Source: Eledone cirrhosa (taxonomy: Eukaryota). Taken from it: DNA of 64,000 nucleotides. The position numbers and the translations under genes are program-made. Position 1 is the stretch's first letter, and the number at the start of each line of letters is the position of its first letter. The stretch lies in NCBI GenBank assembly GCA_964016885.1, contig OZ024741.1, positions 198,772,001-198,836,000 on the forward strand. Direction: 5' to 3'. The notes below the pieces were generated by a model. The model was not told the DNA's origin, ran no database searches, and worked only from the letters and a program-made list of their open reading frames with translations. Positions 37,191 through 51,284 of the stretch are shown piece after piece.

Positions 37191-37744
37191 GAAAAATATT
37201 AGAATTCATTATTTGCAACTAGTTTTATTACAGATGATGGAAATATTCTGCTTTTATTTTATTTTCCTTTCTCTTTACATCTCAATTCTGAACACTTGGA
37301 GCTCACTGAGCTGATCAGATGCTGGACCACTGGGCAGATCTAGAGGAAGAATTGACCCCAGTACTTAACTGGTATTTATTTTTATCAACCTTGAAAGAAT
37401 AAAAGACAAAGTAGACATCAGCAGGGTATTTGAACTCAAGGAGTGCAGAGAGCTGGAACAAATACTGCAAAGCATTTTATCTGATGTTCTAACAACTCTC
37501 ATTGGCATTTAGTTTTTAATTGCTCAATCCATCTAAATGTCAATATGTAAATGGATCTCTGTCAGTGTTAATGATGAGTGTCCCAATACATTGGTAATAT
37601 TGAACAAAAATTCATATATACAAATTTAGCCAAAACATCCACCCTTGAGTTTGTTTTCATGAAAAAAATATCCATCATCATCACCACTGCCACCAACACT
37701 GCCACAACCTCCACTGCTACCCCCCCCCCACCTCTACCACTACC

Positions 37745-38245
37745 ACATGTAAAGTGGTAGTGCTGGTGCTATGATAAAAAACATCCAGTCTATCCTGTAA
37801 GGTGGTAATGCTGATGCCATAACAAAAAACATCCAGTCTACCCTGAAAGTGGTAGTGTTGGTGCCACAACTAAAAGCATCCAGTCCACCTCTTATGGTGT
37901 TAGTGCTGGAACCAAATAAAACTGACCCATCTCACCCTGTAGAATGGCAGTGCTGGTGCTATAACAATAAGCACCCAGTCCACTCTGTAAGGTGGTAGTG
38001 CTGGTGCCATGACAAAAGCATAAAGTCCACCCTGTAAGGTTGTAGGTCATACTGGTGCCACAATAAAATGAACTCAGTACACTCTGTAAAGTGGTTGGTG
38101 GTAGGAGAGGCATAGAACCAAAGCCAAATATGGAATGTATGAGCAAAGCGTGATTACCTGACCAGTCCAGCCACAAAACGTGACACCCCATCTAACCCAT
38201 GCAAGCACGAAAAAATAGATGTTAAATGCTGATGAGGATGATGAT
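37745..38245 (+). mobile_element. RTE-tail-type repeat with about seven 47-bp units
   Basis: Tandem ccagtcyaccctgtaaggtggtagtgctggtgcc units, then gtggttggtggtaggagagggcat...cccatgcaagc...(GAT)n. Confidence 0.75.
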
Positions 38246-39469
38246 GGAACACGTTTACTATTTGAACTAATACAGAAACCATTACTATCTTGGTAGTATC
38301 AATAGAGTGTCGAACAACATGCTTTGCAGCACATAGTTATGTCCCTTTAGATTCTGAGTTCAAATCCCACTGAAGTTAGTTTTGCCTTTCATCTTTGATA
38401 AAATAATGTACCAGTAGTGTACTGGGGTCAATTTGATCGACTTTCCTCTTCCCTTGAAATTGTACCAAATGTAGAAACATTTCAAACAAAGAACTCTTTG
38501 AATCCTAAATTTGATGCTGATTCAGTGATTATAGCAAAGATCTGAATGAATCTCACACCTTCGCAGATGCTCAAGTATTACATTACAGAATGTTTTGTAT
38601 ATTCTCAACCAGTACAGTTAATTTGATGTTTCTTTTACTGATAGAAAATTATCAAAACAACAGCCACAACAGCAACAACAACAATTATAACAACAGTAAA
38701 CATCTGCTAATTCATTAAACAAACATTTTTTCTTCCTGCGATGGCGAGGGGAAATCTAAACAATTATATAGGTTAAATATTTATATCAGCTATCTTCATA
38801 TAAGAAGAGATTTTCCTTGCATTGAAGTCTATTTGTATTTAATTTAGTCTTTCAAGAATTATTAAAATGTAAAAATCTCTGAAAAAAGAAAAGTTGAATT
38901 TAGAATGTAATAATTTGTTTTGTGATAATGAAGCCTGTGTGTTTGATATCTTAATTTACATCCTGATAATATTGTTGGTATCTTGAAAACATCTGCTGCT
39001 GGAAAATGGAACCACACACCCAGTTATATACACACATACAAACACATTCTTATACAAATTATAACACATGCACACTCACAAACACACTTCTATATCAAAT
39101 AAGTTTAAATCTTAAAATTTTTTCCCACATTTCTCCTCAATCCCTTCAGAAATCTTTGTTTTGAAAAAGTACAGATAATTTAGAATACACTTAAGTGTTA
39201 CAGGGAAAATATTTAAGAAATTAGAATTATGTCACAAATAATTTTCAAAGAAGAATATACTCTAAATTTCTTCCTTATATATTCTTTTATTCTATTACTG
39301 GTTTCAACCATTTGACTGGGGCTCTTCCTTGAAGGGATTTTGTCAATCATATCAAACCCAGTATTTCTTTTTTCAAGTTTGTTACTTATTTTATCAATCT
39401 CTTTTTGTCAGACTGCTGAGTTATGAAACATAAGGAAACAACAGTAAACATAAATACAAATGCAGACAC

Positions 39470-39537
<68 letters not shown>

Positions 39538-40085
39538 GCACCCACATGCACATGCACAGACATATATATCTAACATAATTCTACACAGTTTCCTCCTGCC
39601 AAATACGGGTCGTCTTATCAGCTCAACATTAATTAGGAGCAGTATTATTAATGATGACCATATCGATCTATTAATATGGTTTGATTTATTCTCCAATTCA
39701 GAAACTGCTAGAACAGTCGAAGAATTTGATCTGAGAATGATGACTATCTCAATTTAGTGAAGTGGTCTCACTTATTTATTTTTCAATTCACAGACTATTT
39801 TTGTGGTCAGGGATTTTGGTCAGGCCCCTCATGTTTAAGTTGCTTGAGGTTGTATCTATCCCTAGGAAACAATATTTTATTGACCCGTCAGTGATATGTA
39901 TAAGATATTCTATATAGATATATATAGGAGGAGGGGCTGCAATGCCAATCATGCAAAGGGTAGAAATTGCTGAAGAGTATTGTAGAAGCTGAGTTGCAAC
40001 CTGATGACATTCGTAATTTACATACCAGTAATTGGTGCAGGCTAGTTGTTATTTTGCTGGGAAGGTGGGAGCAGAGTTTTAAAGG

Positions 40086-40117
<32 letters not shown>

Positions 40118-41069
40118 TTTACGTCCGCTTTTCCCTGCTTGCAAGAGTTGGACAAATGTGTTTTATTTTTATTTTGTCTTGTGTAGCATCATGGGTCTGG
40201 TGAATGGGGTTGGATGTAGGTTTATGGATTACATTTGCTTGAGTTCATCGATAGCATTGGATTGATGTAAGACAATTGATGGTCTTAGTTACATAAATGT
40301 ATGTCATACCTTGATAAAGTAGGTGGATTGAGTTCTCTATTGGCAGGCCTCTAACATAAAGGGCCCTAGGCAGGATCAGCTGTTACTGTATTTTCTTGAG
40401 TTCTTGAATAACATTGAACTGGATAGATTTGTTTGTGTTCTAGTTAAGGCAATTGACGTTATTAGTTATATACATATAAATATATATAAATATATATTAG
40501 TTACATATATATAAAATGAGATATATTGAGATCAGCAAAAACTGGGAAATTCATGAAGCAACTCACAACTTTAGTGACAAATTTTATAAATTACTTTCTA
40601 CATAATTACTTGACTTGCTTTATATTACAACCATATCTTCTTGCTGTTTTAGGCTGGGAAGTCCCTTCAGTCATGTCAAGCCTCCCTAGTGTTGGTGATC
40701 TACACAATAAATGCACCCAGTACATGATGTAAAGTGGTTGATGATAGGAAGGGCATCCTGCCATAGAAAGCTCACCAAGCAAAGGGTTGGAAGGACATGA
40801 CAATCTCCTCTGTGCCCTTGATAAAACATATGACCATATCTAAGTGAGATGCAGACCCCTCAATGTGTCTGGGAGGTCTGTAGCCCTGCTTCAGTACTGA
40901 CTTTGTCTATGTAGACTTGTCCAACCCTTGCTAGCAGGGTTAAACAATGACGATGATGATGATGATGATGATGTCTTCACCCCTAAACCATGGCATATTA
41001 TGTCCCACATTAATGACAGATGTCTAAACAACTGAATATTCTTTGAATAGCTTCTATTTCAACCAAATA

Positions 41070-41193
41070 ATTAGCAGTAGCACTAACACAGCATGCTTCA
41101 GAATAGAAACATATATGGAAGCATATACAAAATACTTTATGCTTCCATAGACACTTCTATTCTAAATCATACTGTGTTAGGGCAACTGCTAAT
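41070..41193. repeat. Imperfect 124-bp inverted repeat (MITE-like hairpin)
   Basis: attagcagtagcactaacacag...tatggaagcata / tatgcttccata...ctgtgttagggcaactgctaat. Confidence 0.8.
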
Positions 41194-41928
41194 CATCATC
41201 ATCATCCTTTTCATCACTGTTTAACGTCCATTTTTCCATGCTAACATGGGTTAGATGAGTTGTCTTATTTGTGGCAAGTAAATACCACATGTATATTTTT
41301 TACAAGAAAATTGGAATTTTTCCATGCAAATTCATGTAAAATTTGACCGTAGTTCTTTACAGGGAATGGATCAACATTTGTGAATCAAGGTATTATCCTG
41401 AGCATAAATGTTTCAATGAAGAAATCAATTTTTCTATGCTATCATGTTCTGGTGTATACATTAAAACACATTCTACTAAATACTTGACTGAGAAGTCATA
41501 AATAAGGCTGCATTGCTATTATAAATACCAGTAGTTACCCTAAGTATTGACCTACATAATTGAAATATACCATTGCTCCTGAATCCAATGTAGTATTTTT
41601 TAGGAAATGTTTCATTTATGCTTCACCTGCTTGCTGGTCATATAAACAGGTACAGGTAGCAATGCAGCTTGGTTAAGATTCATTACGATTATATTATTAT
41701 TGGGTCAGTATGCAACATCATTTCTTATTTATATGTTTTATTAATAAGAAGTATTTGGGTGTGTAGAGACATTGGCATTATTACTGTAATTCACTGTTTT
41801 TTTTTTTATTGATTTAGAGTCCATTGGTCTCTGCTTTGCTGATACATTACTTTGGATTGTAATATGAATTTCAGCCTCTTAAAAGTAGTACCCATGAAAT
41901 AGTCAATCCCATAACCACAGACTTTCAA

Positions 41929-42450
41929 TATATATGTATATATGTATATATGTATATATGTATATATGTATATATGTATCTATGTATATATGTATATATG
42001 TGTATATGTAACTATGTGTATATGTATATGTGTATATGTATATATGTGTATATGTATATATGTATATATGTGTATATGTATATGTGTATATATATGTGTG
42101 TGTATATGTATATATGTGTATATATGTGTATATGTATATATGTGTATAAGTGAATATGTATGTGTATATGTATATATGTATATATGTGTATATGTATATA
42201 TGTGTATATGTGTATATGTATATGTGTATATATATGTGTGTGTATATGTATATATGTGTATATATGTGTATATGTATATATGTGTATATGTATATATGTA
42301 TATATGTGTATATGTATATATGTGTATATGTATATATGTGTATATGTATATATGTGTATATGTTTTTATGTGTATATGTATATATGTGTATATGTATATA
42401 TGTATATATGTATATATGTATATATGTGTATATATATATATATGTGTATA
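41929..42450. repeat. Compound (TA/TG) microsatellite
   Basis: tatatgtgtatatg-type repeats; source of the Y/I/C/V/M ORFs. Confidence 0.97.
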
Positions 42451-42970
42451 AAATTAAGTAAATAAAACAGGGTTTTCTTCATGGAGTTGATCTACAAGCA
42501 AAAGTATCCAGAGCTACTCATCAATAACAAGATACTAGTTTAGGTTTAAAGTACTTTCTCTTGTATACTTCTGGTAAATTTATTATCAATTTACCAAATA
42601 GGAGAAATGAAACCAGGTGAAGAATGAAAAATAAAACAAAAAAAACCTCCCATAAAAACAACAAAAAACAAATAAAAACAAACCCACAGACATTTTGTTT
42701 GTTTGTTTTAATGTCTTCTTGGTGTAAAGTTGGAAATGTAAAAAGGAAGGAAAAGTTCATTATATCCAAACATGGATCTATCTAAGAAGAAAAGAAAAAG
42801 TAAGAAAGGTAAAAAACATTTTTTTCCTTATCTTTTTCAGACTTAAATAAGCTTCTGTTCTGGGCAAGATGCCGTGCATTATTTGGCTGGTTAAGTTTCT
42901 GGTTCTGAAAGGTTCTGAAAGTTTCTGGTACCGAAAAATTAATGTTTGCTGAGAGGAAGGGTTTTTTTTC

Positions 42971-43025
<55 letters not shown>

Positions 43026-43482
43026 GTTCTTTGAGTCTCAGTCATTGATGTTATTTAACTAGAAAGTTTTGTTGAAATGAATATCAAGCCACTACCTGCA
43101 GCCTCAGATATTCAGGACGTATCGGAAGGTTCTTGCTGTTCCCAGCAAGCATGCCTTTTGAAGTGTTCCAAAAAGTGGGGCGGGGCCAATTTTCTTTAAC
43201 CATCCTTGGAAACTCTTTGAGATAGTACCTAGTGCGCCTATGACAATTGGGACCACTTTGACTTCATGGCAGTTCCAAATCCTTTTTACCTCCCACTTTA
43301 AGTCCTGGTATCGGTTAATGTTCTCCCTCTCCTTCTCTTGCACTCTCGTGTCGAATGGGCAGACCACATCCACAATCAGGCACAATCTTTTTTCTTTGTC
43401 CAAAACCACCAGGTCAGGTCTATTGTGTTCCAGTTTCTTGACCGTCTGTATCCTAAAATCCCACAGCACCTTCACCTGATCG
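43026..43482 (-). mobile_element. R4/Dong-clade non-LTR retrotransposon 3' end (restriction-like endonuclease) in (TAA)n
   Basis: ORF 43104..43475: LWDFRIQT...HNRPDLVV...IVDVVCP...RYQDL...VPIVIGALG...LQKACLLGTAR; (TTA)n on both sides. Confidence 0.9.
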
Positions 43483-43934
43483 TTTATTATTATTATTATT
43501 ATTTTTGCCTTTCATCCTTCCGGGGTCGATAGAATAAAGTACCAGTAATGTATTGGGTAATTGCTGGCCTTGTGCCAAAAGTAGAAACAATTATTATTAT
43601 TATTATTATTATTGGTTGTTGAACTAAGAAGACATGATTTGTGAGCTCGTGAATTTTGTCATTATTTCTATTGTTAAACTGTATTTTTGATTTGAAATTT
43701 TATTATTATTTTAGAGATAAAGGACTCAACTTCTGTGTGAGGTGGTCCTTTTTTTCATATTTTCAGCCCCTTGAGGCTAAATTAGTGTCCCCCCCCCCCC
43801 TATTTTGAAAAATAATAAAAACAAACATGGTGGACGCCAAAATTTCTTCTGCAATATAGAAGAGCAGTTTGCTAAATCAAGAGAGCAGCCATGTTTTGGT
43901 CACCAGCTGTGTTAAACATTTAACTAGCAGTGAC

Positions 43935-45405
43935 AATGATAACCAGGAAAAATCGGTGGGCCTGCGGCTCAGTAACTGGAGAGGCAGGTTCATGCCGTCC
44001 AACAGCTTTGTGAGACACTGGACAAATGGACTGGTTAAATTGCTTGGGGTGTGGTTCGGTCCAGACCTCCAGACGGACAAAATCTGGGACGAGGTCATGG
44101 GCCGAGAGGAAGCTATCTCTGAAAGGTCGAGCAGAGGTGGCAAACACGTTTATCGTTTCCATCTACTACCGCCTAACTGTCATGCTTAATCTTAAGACTC
44201 GCCTGACTGCACTGGAGCATTTGTTCTTTTGCTTTTTGTGGAAGGGATGTGCTCCCATGGTTAGGTGCTCCAATGGTCTGCTGTCAACACCTGCTATGTG
44301 AAGGGCTGGGCATGCTGTGGCTGAAGATGCACAGACATACGCTCAGGCTACACATCTCCAGCTTTTCTTGAACAGCGAACAGGTGTGGTCGCTGTTTGCT
44401 AGGCACATTTTCACATTTTTCCCCAGATTGTCTTCCTGATGGAGCTGCAGTCCTGATCTGATGGAAGTCCAAGAGGAAGCACTTGGAGACTGGAATGTCT
44501 TCAGGTGCTCACATCCCTCGACCAGGATAGAAACTTCACCTTGGTGTTCTATAGAGGGTTAGGGGAGGGCAAGAATGATGACTTCCTTGGGGAATCTCTG
44601 GGTGTCAAAAGCCAACTAGCTATTCTCTTTGGTCCAGGACCAATGGATAACATCGAGAAGTCCCTGGCCTGGCAGTGTTACTGGAGAACATTACCAGTCC
44701 AAGATAAATTTACAAGCATGGAAGTGCTGTCAGCCAGGCCTGTCTGAGATGCGGGTCCTGCGACAAGACCATCCTGAACGTACTCGTCCAATGTCTGAGT
44801 ATCGTTGACTTGTGGGTTTATGTTGAACACCTGCTGTTGCGTGTGGACAGATCAGGCTATCAGCTGAGTCCACTGTGACGATTGCCCCGCCACCTTCCTT
44901 TAGCCAGGAAGGGCAGGAAGTTTTTATCTGCCTGGTGGCCATGGCGAAAGAGGTTGTGTGGTGGACATGTTTGAAAGGGCTGAAGACAAGCACTTACCTC
45001 TTCGGTGATTCCCTGATTAACGTTTTCAAATTTCATTTGGAAAGGAAAATCAGGGTGGAGAGGGAAGTGCTCCCTTCCCAGCAATTTGTTGAAAGATGGG
45101 TGAGAGAGGTGATCATGGCCCGAGTGAATGGGCTTGCTCTGAGTATGTGCCTGTAGATTGGATTTGGAAAACTGGGAGAGGGCACTTGCTCTGGTGGTGA
45201 GGGTCACTGTGACCCTCAGAAGTCTCCCCGCTATTGGGGAATTTTTCTTTGTTTCATTTTTTTGTTACATCCCTTGTTTTTGTTTTATGTATTTGTTTTT
45301 ACATGCAGAAACGCCCATTTGTACTGTCCTGTACCATGCTGTACTGTCCTGTGCTGTCCTTAATGTTATACTTTGTGTCAATCCTTGTAGTTAATAAAGA
45401 AAACA
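43935..45405 (+). mobile_element. Tx1/L1-group LINE, truncated ORF2 plus 3' UTR
   Basis: Frameshifted NQEKSVGL, KLLGVWFG, WAERKLSLKGRAEVAN, FLWKG, GLGM; AATAAA at about 45393. Confidence 0.82.
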
Positions 45406-46164
45406 TTATTAATATCATTATTATTGTTATTGGGCGGTGGATTGGCAGTATTGGTAGAGGGTCGGACAAGGTTGGAGGCAGAGAACAAGTAGCACATGGT
45501 GTCCCAGATTAGAAAACTGTTCATCTTTGTAGTTGATTTCAAAACATTGCACATGTTTGAACTTTCTGCTAGTACAAGATGGTTTCAATTAGGACACTGG
45601 CAAGTATTTCATTTGTTTATAGTTCAATTTTTCCTCTTGCTCCTATAGCAGGAAGACGAGTGATCTTTGTTAAGCTTGTCTTGAAGTAGAAACATTAAAA
45701 AAACAAGGTAGAGGATTCTTACCCTATAATGGAGTTGTAAGGGTGCCATCCTAACATTTTAACCCCGCTGGAGTCTATTCCTCTTCAGGTTGTATCACAA
45801 CCATTCTCTTCCAGAAAAAATCAAAGAGAGAAAATGATAAAGAGAGATAGAGGAATAATCAATGCTACTACTTGACTGGTACTTTGTTTATTGATCTAGG
45901 AAGGAAGAAGAGAGCCAGAACAAATACCAAGGCATTTTTAATCCAATGCCCTAATGATTCTGCCAATTCTCTGCCTTCAGTAGAAACATTACACAAAATG
46001 AAATATTCAACAATGGCATGTGTTATTGAAACACCATTGAAATTATTACTATTACTTTCACAAAATAACAACAAAAAACAAAAACAAGGTTAAGGGAACA
46101 TCTACATAGTCTTTTGTCCTAAAAGAACTAAAAGCCAAATAATCTTCAATTCAAAACTTATTGT

Positions 46165-46765
46165 CATCATCATCATCATCATCATTATTTTTACACCTGT
46201 TTGTTCATGCTTGCATGGGTTGGACAGGTCCTTTTCAGCACAGCATCCCTCGACTTTCCACATTTCTTCATCATCACCTCTATGAGTTTCAGCGGTTTGA
46301 GGACCACCTGGTCTTTCTCAGTCCACCTCTACTGTAGTTTCCATACACTGGCATTTCTTGACTCATCGGTCATCATCATGCGCATCACAAGTCCATACCA
46401 ACATAGTTGTCTTTCCTGCATACTATCTCAAATTCCTCTTAAACCCAGTTTCTCCTTCATTTCATCCAAGCTCTGCCTTTCTCTTATACTTACATTGCAC
46501 TTCCAACAAAGTATGGTTGCTTCATTTCTCTCCAGTCTATGCATGTCCTCTGCAATCACTGCATGTTTCACTACTATGCATTTTGCGCATAGACATCCTA
46601 CAGTCGTCCTTTTGTATATAGGGAGAAACCTTTTGTTGTCAACAGTGGGAGTAGCTCTCTAAACTTCTTCCATCCTATCCTTATTCTAGCCATTATGCTC
46701 AGAGCACTCTCCTCTGCTGTTAATTAAGTCATCTAGATAGCAGAAGCTATCAACCACTTCTATAG
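46165..46765 (-). mobile_element. Degenerate RTE LINE 3' part
   Basis: Minus strand FCYLDD...WKKFRELLPLL...YGLVMRMMT; (CAT)n on the plus strand. Confidence 0.8.
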
Positions 46766-47658
46766 ATACACTGAAAAGTAGCCCATAATACACAAAAACA
46801 ATTAAATGGTCATGGTTGGAATACCTTGATGATAGTTCTGCTTCATAAGTGATGACCTAGGGCTAAACAACAACAGCAAGAAGAGAAGGAGATAAAGTAA
46901 CATCATTTACAGGCTTCCATTCAACTGAAACACTAGATCTGACCATTCATATATAAGAATGATTAGACAATGAATTAACAGGGTTGTTACAATAACAAAT
47001 AGAATGCCTTGCAATATTTGTTCCAGCTCCTTGTGCACTGAGTTGAAATCCTGTCATGGTCAACTTTATCTTTCATCCTTTCGTGGTCAATAACAAAAAG
47101 GTTACTCAGTATTGGGATCATTTCATCCTCTATATCTCTTTTTCACTTCCTCTCTTTCTCACCCTCTCTGCTTTTCTAGAAGAAATTGGCTGTGTTCAGA
47201 CATGGAGAGGAATGGGCTGCATCAGGATTTAAATGCCCAAGACAAGTTGTCTCTTTGGCATTCCTACAAATCCACCAGGAGTTAAAGGCACATTCAATCT
47301 AATCCAGTCCAGGGCCTTATCACTCCTGTTGGAGGAACTACTCCCTGATTGACCTCACACCACTTTCTTTCTGTTTGGTTTTGGTCATGTCAAGAGTGTA
47401 GCCATACTCACCACACTTGGCTAATTGCAAGTTGGTGAAGTCATTTAACCCAAATTTGGGGTGGATAGCTCTTGCTTTTTTATGTTGCTGGGGTTACACT
47501 TACTCTCTTCACCAGACCAGACCAGGGTCTGGTGGGGGAGCCAGTTTAGTTGCTGACCACTCAACAGGGTACATACATATAAATATGATTATGAATAAGG
47601 GACTCAAGGTGAGGAGGCTATTTTTCTAACATTCGAACCAGTATAATTTAAAATATCA

Positions 47659-47908
47659 TTAATCTTTTTGATACCGACCCATCCAAAACTGCCCTTGGTT
47701 CTATGTAACAAAACCACTCACATTAAAGGGTTCTTATATAAATTAAAATATTTCCACATAATTTGATATAACAATATTTTGTTAAGTATGTTACAAATAA
47801 TATTTTAATAATGAAATAACTAATAATTTTAGTAAATCTCTCCAAATTCTTTATAAATGAATTCAGGTATATTATATTGAATTAGAAATATAATAATGAA
47901 AGGGTTAA
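47659..47908. mobile_element. piggyBac-derived MITE (family A)
   Basis: TTAA-TCTTTTTGATACC ... GAAAGGG-TTAA. Confidence 0.6.
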
Positions 47909-48284
47909 TGGGGTTAATGGAAACTTCACTTCAAGGCCCACATCAGATCAATATGGTGACAGTATTAAAGTGTTAAAATCTGATTGAAACATTTCAGCGG
48001 ATAATGACTTAATGAATTAAAAGTTGTTGTTTTTTTTTATCGCTATCTTAACAATGTTACTAAGATCAATGTGAGTGGTGATGGTGGTAGGTGTGATGTT
48101 ACTGTCGCTACTGATGATGATGCCAGTCATAGTATTTTCCCAAATGTTTGTCTGTTATGTGAAATGTGAATTCTTTGGAATACTGTGCAGGATCTGATGT
48201 GAATAATGTGGATGTTGATTTTACTTCATGTTGTAATTTTAGCTAAGCTAATGGTTGATATGTTTATATAGTTGTAGTATCAGT

Positions 48285-48657
48285 ATCATTTTATGTCCGC
48301 TTTTCCCTGCTTGCAAGGGTGGGACGGGAACTGATTCTGGCTTGATTTCTACAGCTGGATGCCCTTCCTAACACCAATCTCATTTACAGTGAGTGCTGGG
48401 TGCTTTTTTTCCGTGGCGCCTACACATCTACTTTACAGTGTGGGCTAGGTGCTTTTTGCTGTGGCATCTCCACGACCACCTTGCAGTGGAATGATAGGGA
48501 CCCCAGTCTTATCATCTCATTTCTACAGCTGAGTAAACTGGAGCAATGTGAAATAAAGTGTCTTGCTCAAGGAAAAACACATCACCTGGTCTGAGAATTG
48601 AACTCACAACCTTTCGATTGCAAGCCCAATGCTCTAACCACTAAGCCATGTGCCTCC
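48285..48657 (-). mobile_element. SINE family 2, full length
   Basis: Same structure as 20212. Confidence 0.88.
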
Positions 48658-50351
48658 ATTTGATAAATAGTTTTTATTATTTTGCTGTTTAAGGGTGATA
48701 AGATGTATTCTAATGTTATTATTGTATAGTGTTGTATTTGTGTATGTGGAGAAAGTTTTCAAAATCAGTGTCCTCTCCAACAAACACTGGATTTTCAGAT
48801 GGCTACTTAGGATACTGACTTCTAAATGAACTGTCAGTAAAAATGAATCAATTAGTCATATTTTTTTCTTCCTGTTCTTCAGAAATCTGATAAACAATCT
48901 ACTGGACAATTCTCCTCCCTCCATCTGTGAAATTTGCAATTAGCACTGAAGCCATGAGTATTTATGTAGGCGCTCAGCCTGCTAGAAATAGCAGTTAAAT
49001 CTCTCTCAAATCACTCTCTACTGTCCTTAAAAAAAAGGATATATGTATGATAGTGTAGTTTGAGATAAGCTATGTGCCTGCTAAGATGGTTATCAATGTG
49101 AATAATTTCTTAAGATACTTGACATTTTAGAAGTCGGTTAAAAAAGCCCCAAATTTGAACTCTCTTAAGGAAGATATTGTGAAATTTTGCACACTATAAA
49201 AGTGGGATTTTTTTTTAATCGTAATTCCTCTTGCAGGTCAAAAAAGTCAATGATAGTGTAGAAATTTTATATTAAATTGGATGATTGTGAGGAAAAATTT
49301 CAAGTTCAAATAGGTGAGTTTAATCCTAAAGAACAAGGATTTTATATTAAAAAAAAAAAAAAAAAATACCAGAATTATCAATTTTAACAAACTTAGAAGG
49401 GCATTAATCTGAATAATTCTTAAGATAGTTGACCTTTTAGAAGTTTGTTGAAAATGGCCAAAATTGTAATTTTCGAATGAAGTGAAGAACAGAACAGCTA
49501 GTTCTCCTTAGTTATTATTGACTTATTAAGAGTATACATTGTATTCATTCTACAGAAGGAGAATCCAGCTTACAGCTACTTTTGAAAAATGCTATGAGTA
49601 ACAGGTACCAATTTTACTTGAGACTAAATGTATGTTTATGAAATAAATTTATGTAAACTTATTTATAATTTATCCAAACATACACAGCCTCAGTATTTTA
49701 ATTAATAAATGTGCATTATCAATGAATGTATTGATAGGTAAATTAGTAAAGTATAAGCAATTGTAAACGATTTTCTCTCTATGTATTAAAATGTATAAAT
49801 TTCTGATAAATGGAAAGTTTAATTTAGAATGTAATAATTTGTTTTGTGATAATGAAGCCTGAGTGTTTGATATCTTAATTTGTTAATATTGTTGGTATCT
49901 TGAAAATGGAATCACACACCCAGTTATATGCATACATACACAGCCACATACAAACACCAACAAATACAAACACACACACACACATACGCACATGCACACT
50001 CACACACATATGGACACACACACATATGCACATGCACACACACACACATATGCACATATCCACACACATGTCAGAAAAGTACAGGACCTTAGATAATAAA
50101 CATTGTAAGAAATCAAAATACATATTAGCTGACCTCTACCATTCTTTACATTCCTGTACTATCCACTGCTTACACTTTCCTACCATGACATTTCCCTATT
50201 GCTATCCTGTCACATTGCCTATACTGCTTTTCTACTCCCTACCAACAACCATCATGTAGCTTTTACTGTCCTACTCCCTCTCTTACCATCTTATCACTCT
50301 CTTTCTCCCTTCATTCTCAATTTATACTCTTTCTTCTCACTTCCCCTCTAA

Positions 50352-50559
50352 CCCTTCAGCATTTAAACTGGCCATATCCGGTCAGAATACTCTCATCTTT
50401 TTCTGATCAAACCAGCTGTAACTTGCTGCTCATACTGATATTTAGGTATTGTTCTCAAAATAAATAATATCAAAATCTCATAGATTCAATATTATGTGAG
50501 GTAAAGCCTTTACTGTGAAAATATAATAGTAAATATAGAGTAATGTAAATGCTAAAGGG
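50352..50559 (+). mobile_element. piggyBac-derived MITE (family B)
   Basis: TIRs CCCTTCAGCATTTA / TAAATGCTAAAGGG; CTAA on both sides. Confidence 0.85.
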
Positions 50560-50791
50560 CTAATCACCCCCTCTATAATGTTTGTATTGAAAGAATGAAG
50601 GTTGCAAAGAGTGGAGAGGCAACCAGTAGACAAGGCAACCTCTCTACAGTGAGTACCTTCATAAAATGTACCCAGTATGTACTGTAACGTGGAGAAAAAA
50701 TAGAGTTGAGAGGACTTTTTAGCCATGTTAAGGACTTAACAACCTTTCTAGATCTAGTGTCACAATAAAATTTACCCACTACACTCTTTGA

Positions 50792-51013
50792 CCCCCATTT
50801 AACATTTGCATTACTTTATGTTTACTAATGTATTTTCATGGTAAAGGCTTTACTTCATAATTATCTCACATAATATTGAATCTATGAGATTTTGATATTA
50901 TTTATTTTGAGAACAATACCTAAACATCAGCATAAGTGACCGGTTACAGCTGGTTTGAACAAAAAGAGGTGAGAGAATTCTGGCCAGATATGGCTGGTTT
51001 ACATGCTAAAGGG
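50792..51013 (-). mobile_element. piggyBac-derived MITE (family B), inverted copy
   Basis: Reverse complement of 50352-50559; ends catgctaaaggg. Confidence 0.8.
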
Positions 51014-51166
51014 ATAAAGTAACTTAGAAATTATGCCAAAACTGAAATGTCTGAATGAGCTGTTCCTCTCACTCATGTATTAGGAATTGACCCAAACTGT
51101 AATGACCTATTCAACCCATGCTAGAATGGAAAGCAGACAAAATGATGATAATGCAGATGATACATA

Positions 51167-51262
51167 TACAGTGGAACCTTGGTTATCGGCTATAATCTGT
51201 TCCAGAAATTTGGCTGAAAACTGAAATGCATGAAAACTGAGGTAACATTTCCTATAAGAAAT
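51167..51262 (+). mobile_element. Tigger/pogo-like transposon end
   Basis: TA-CAGTGGAACCTTGGTTATCG start; the other end was not found. Confidence 0.45.
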
Positions 51263-51284
51263 ATTCCCTGGGATGCAATATGTT

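Noticed and set aside
41942-42465. Long ORFs rich in Y/I/C/V/M (also at 62835-63238, 18098 and 19198)
   Set aside because: Translations of TA/TG microsatellites, not genes
42480-42540. Minus-strand ttgatgagtagc, a possible hammerhead core
   Set aside because: No GAAA or helix III at the required position
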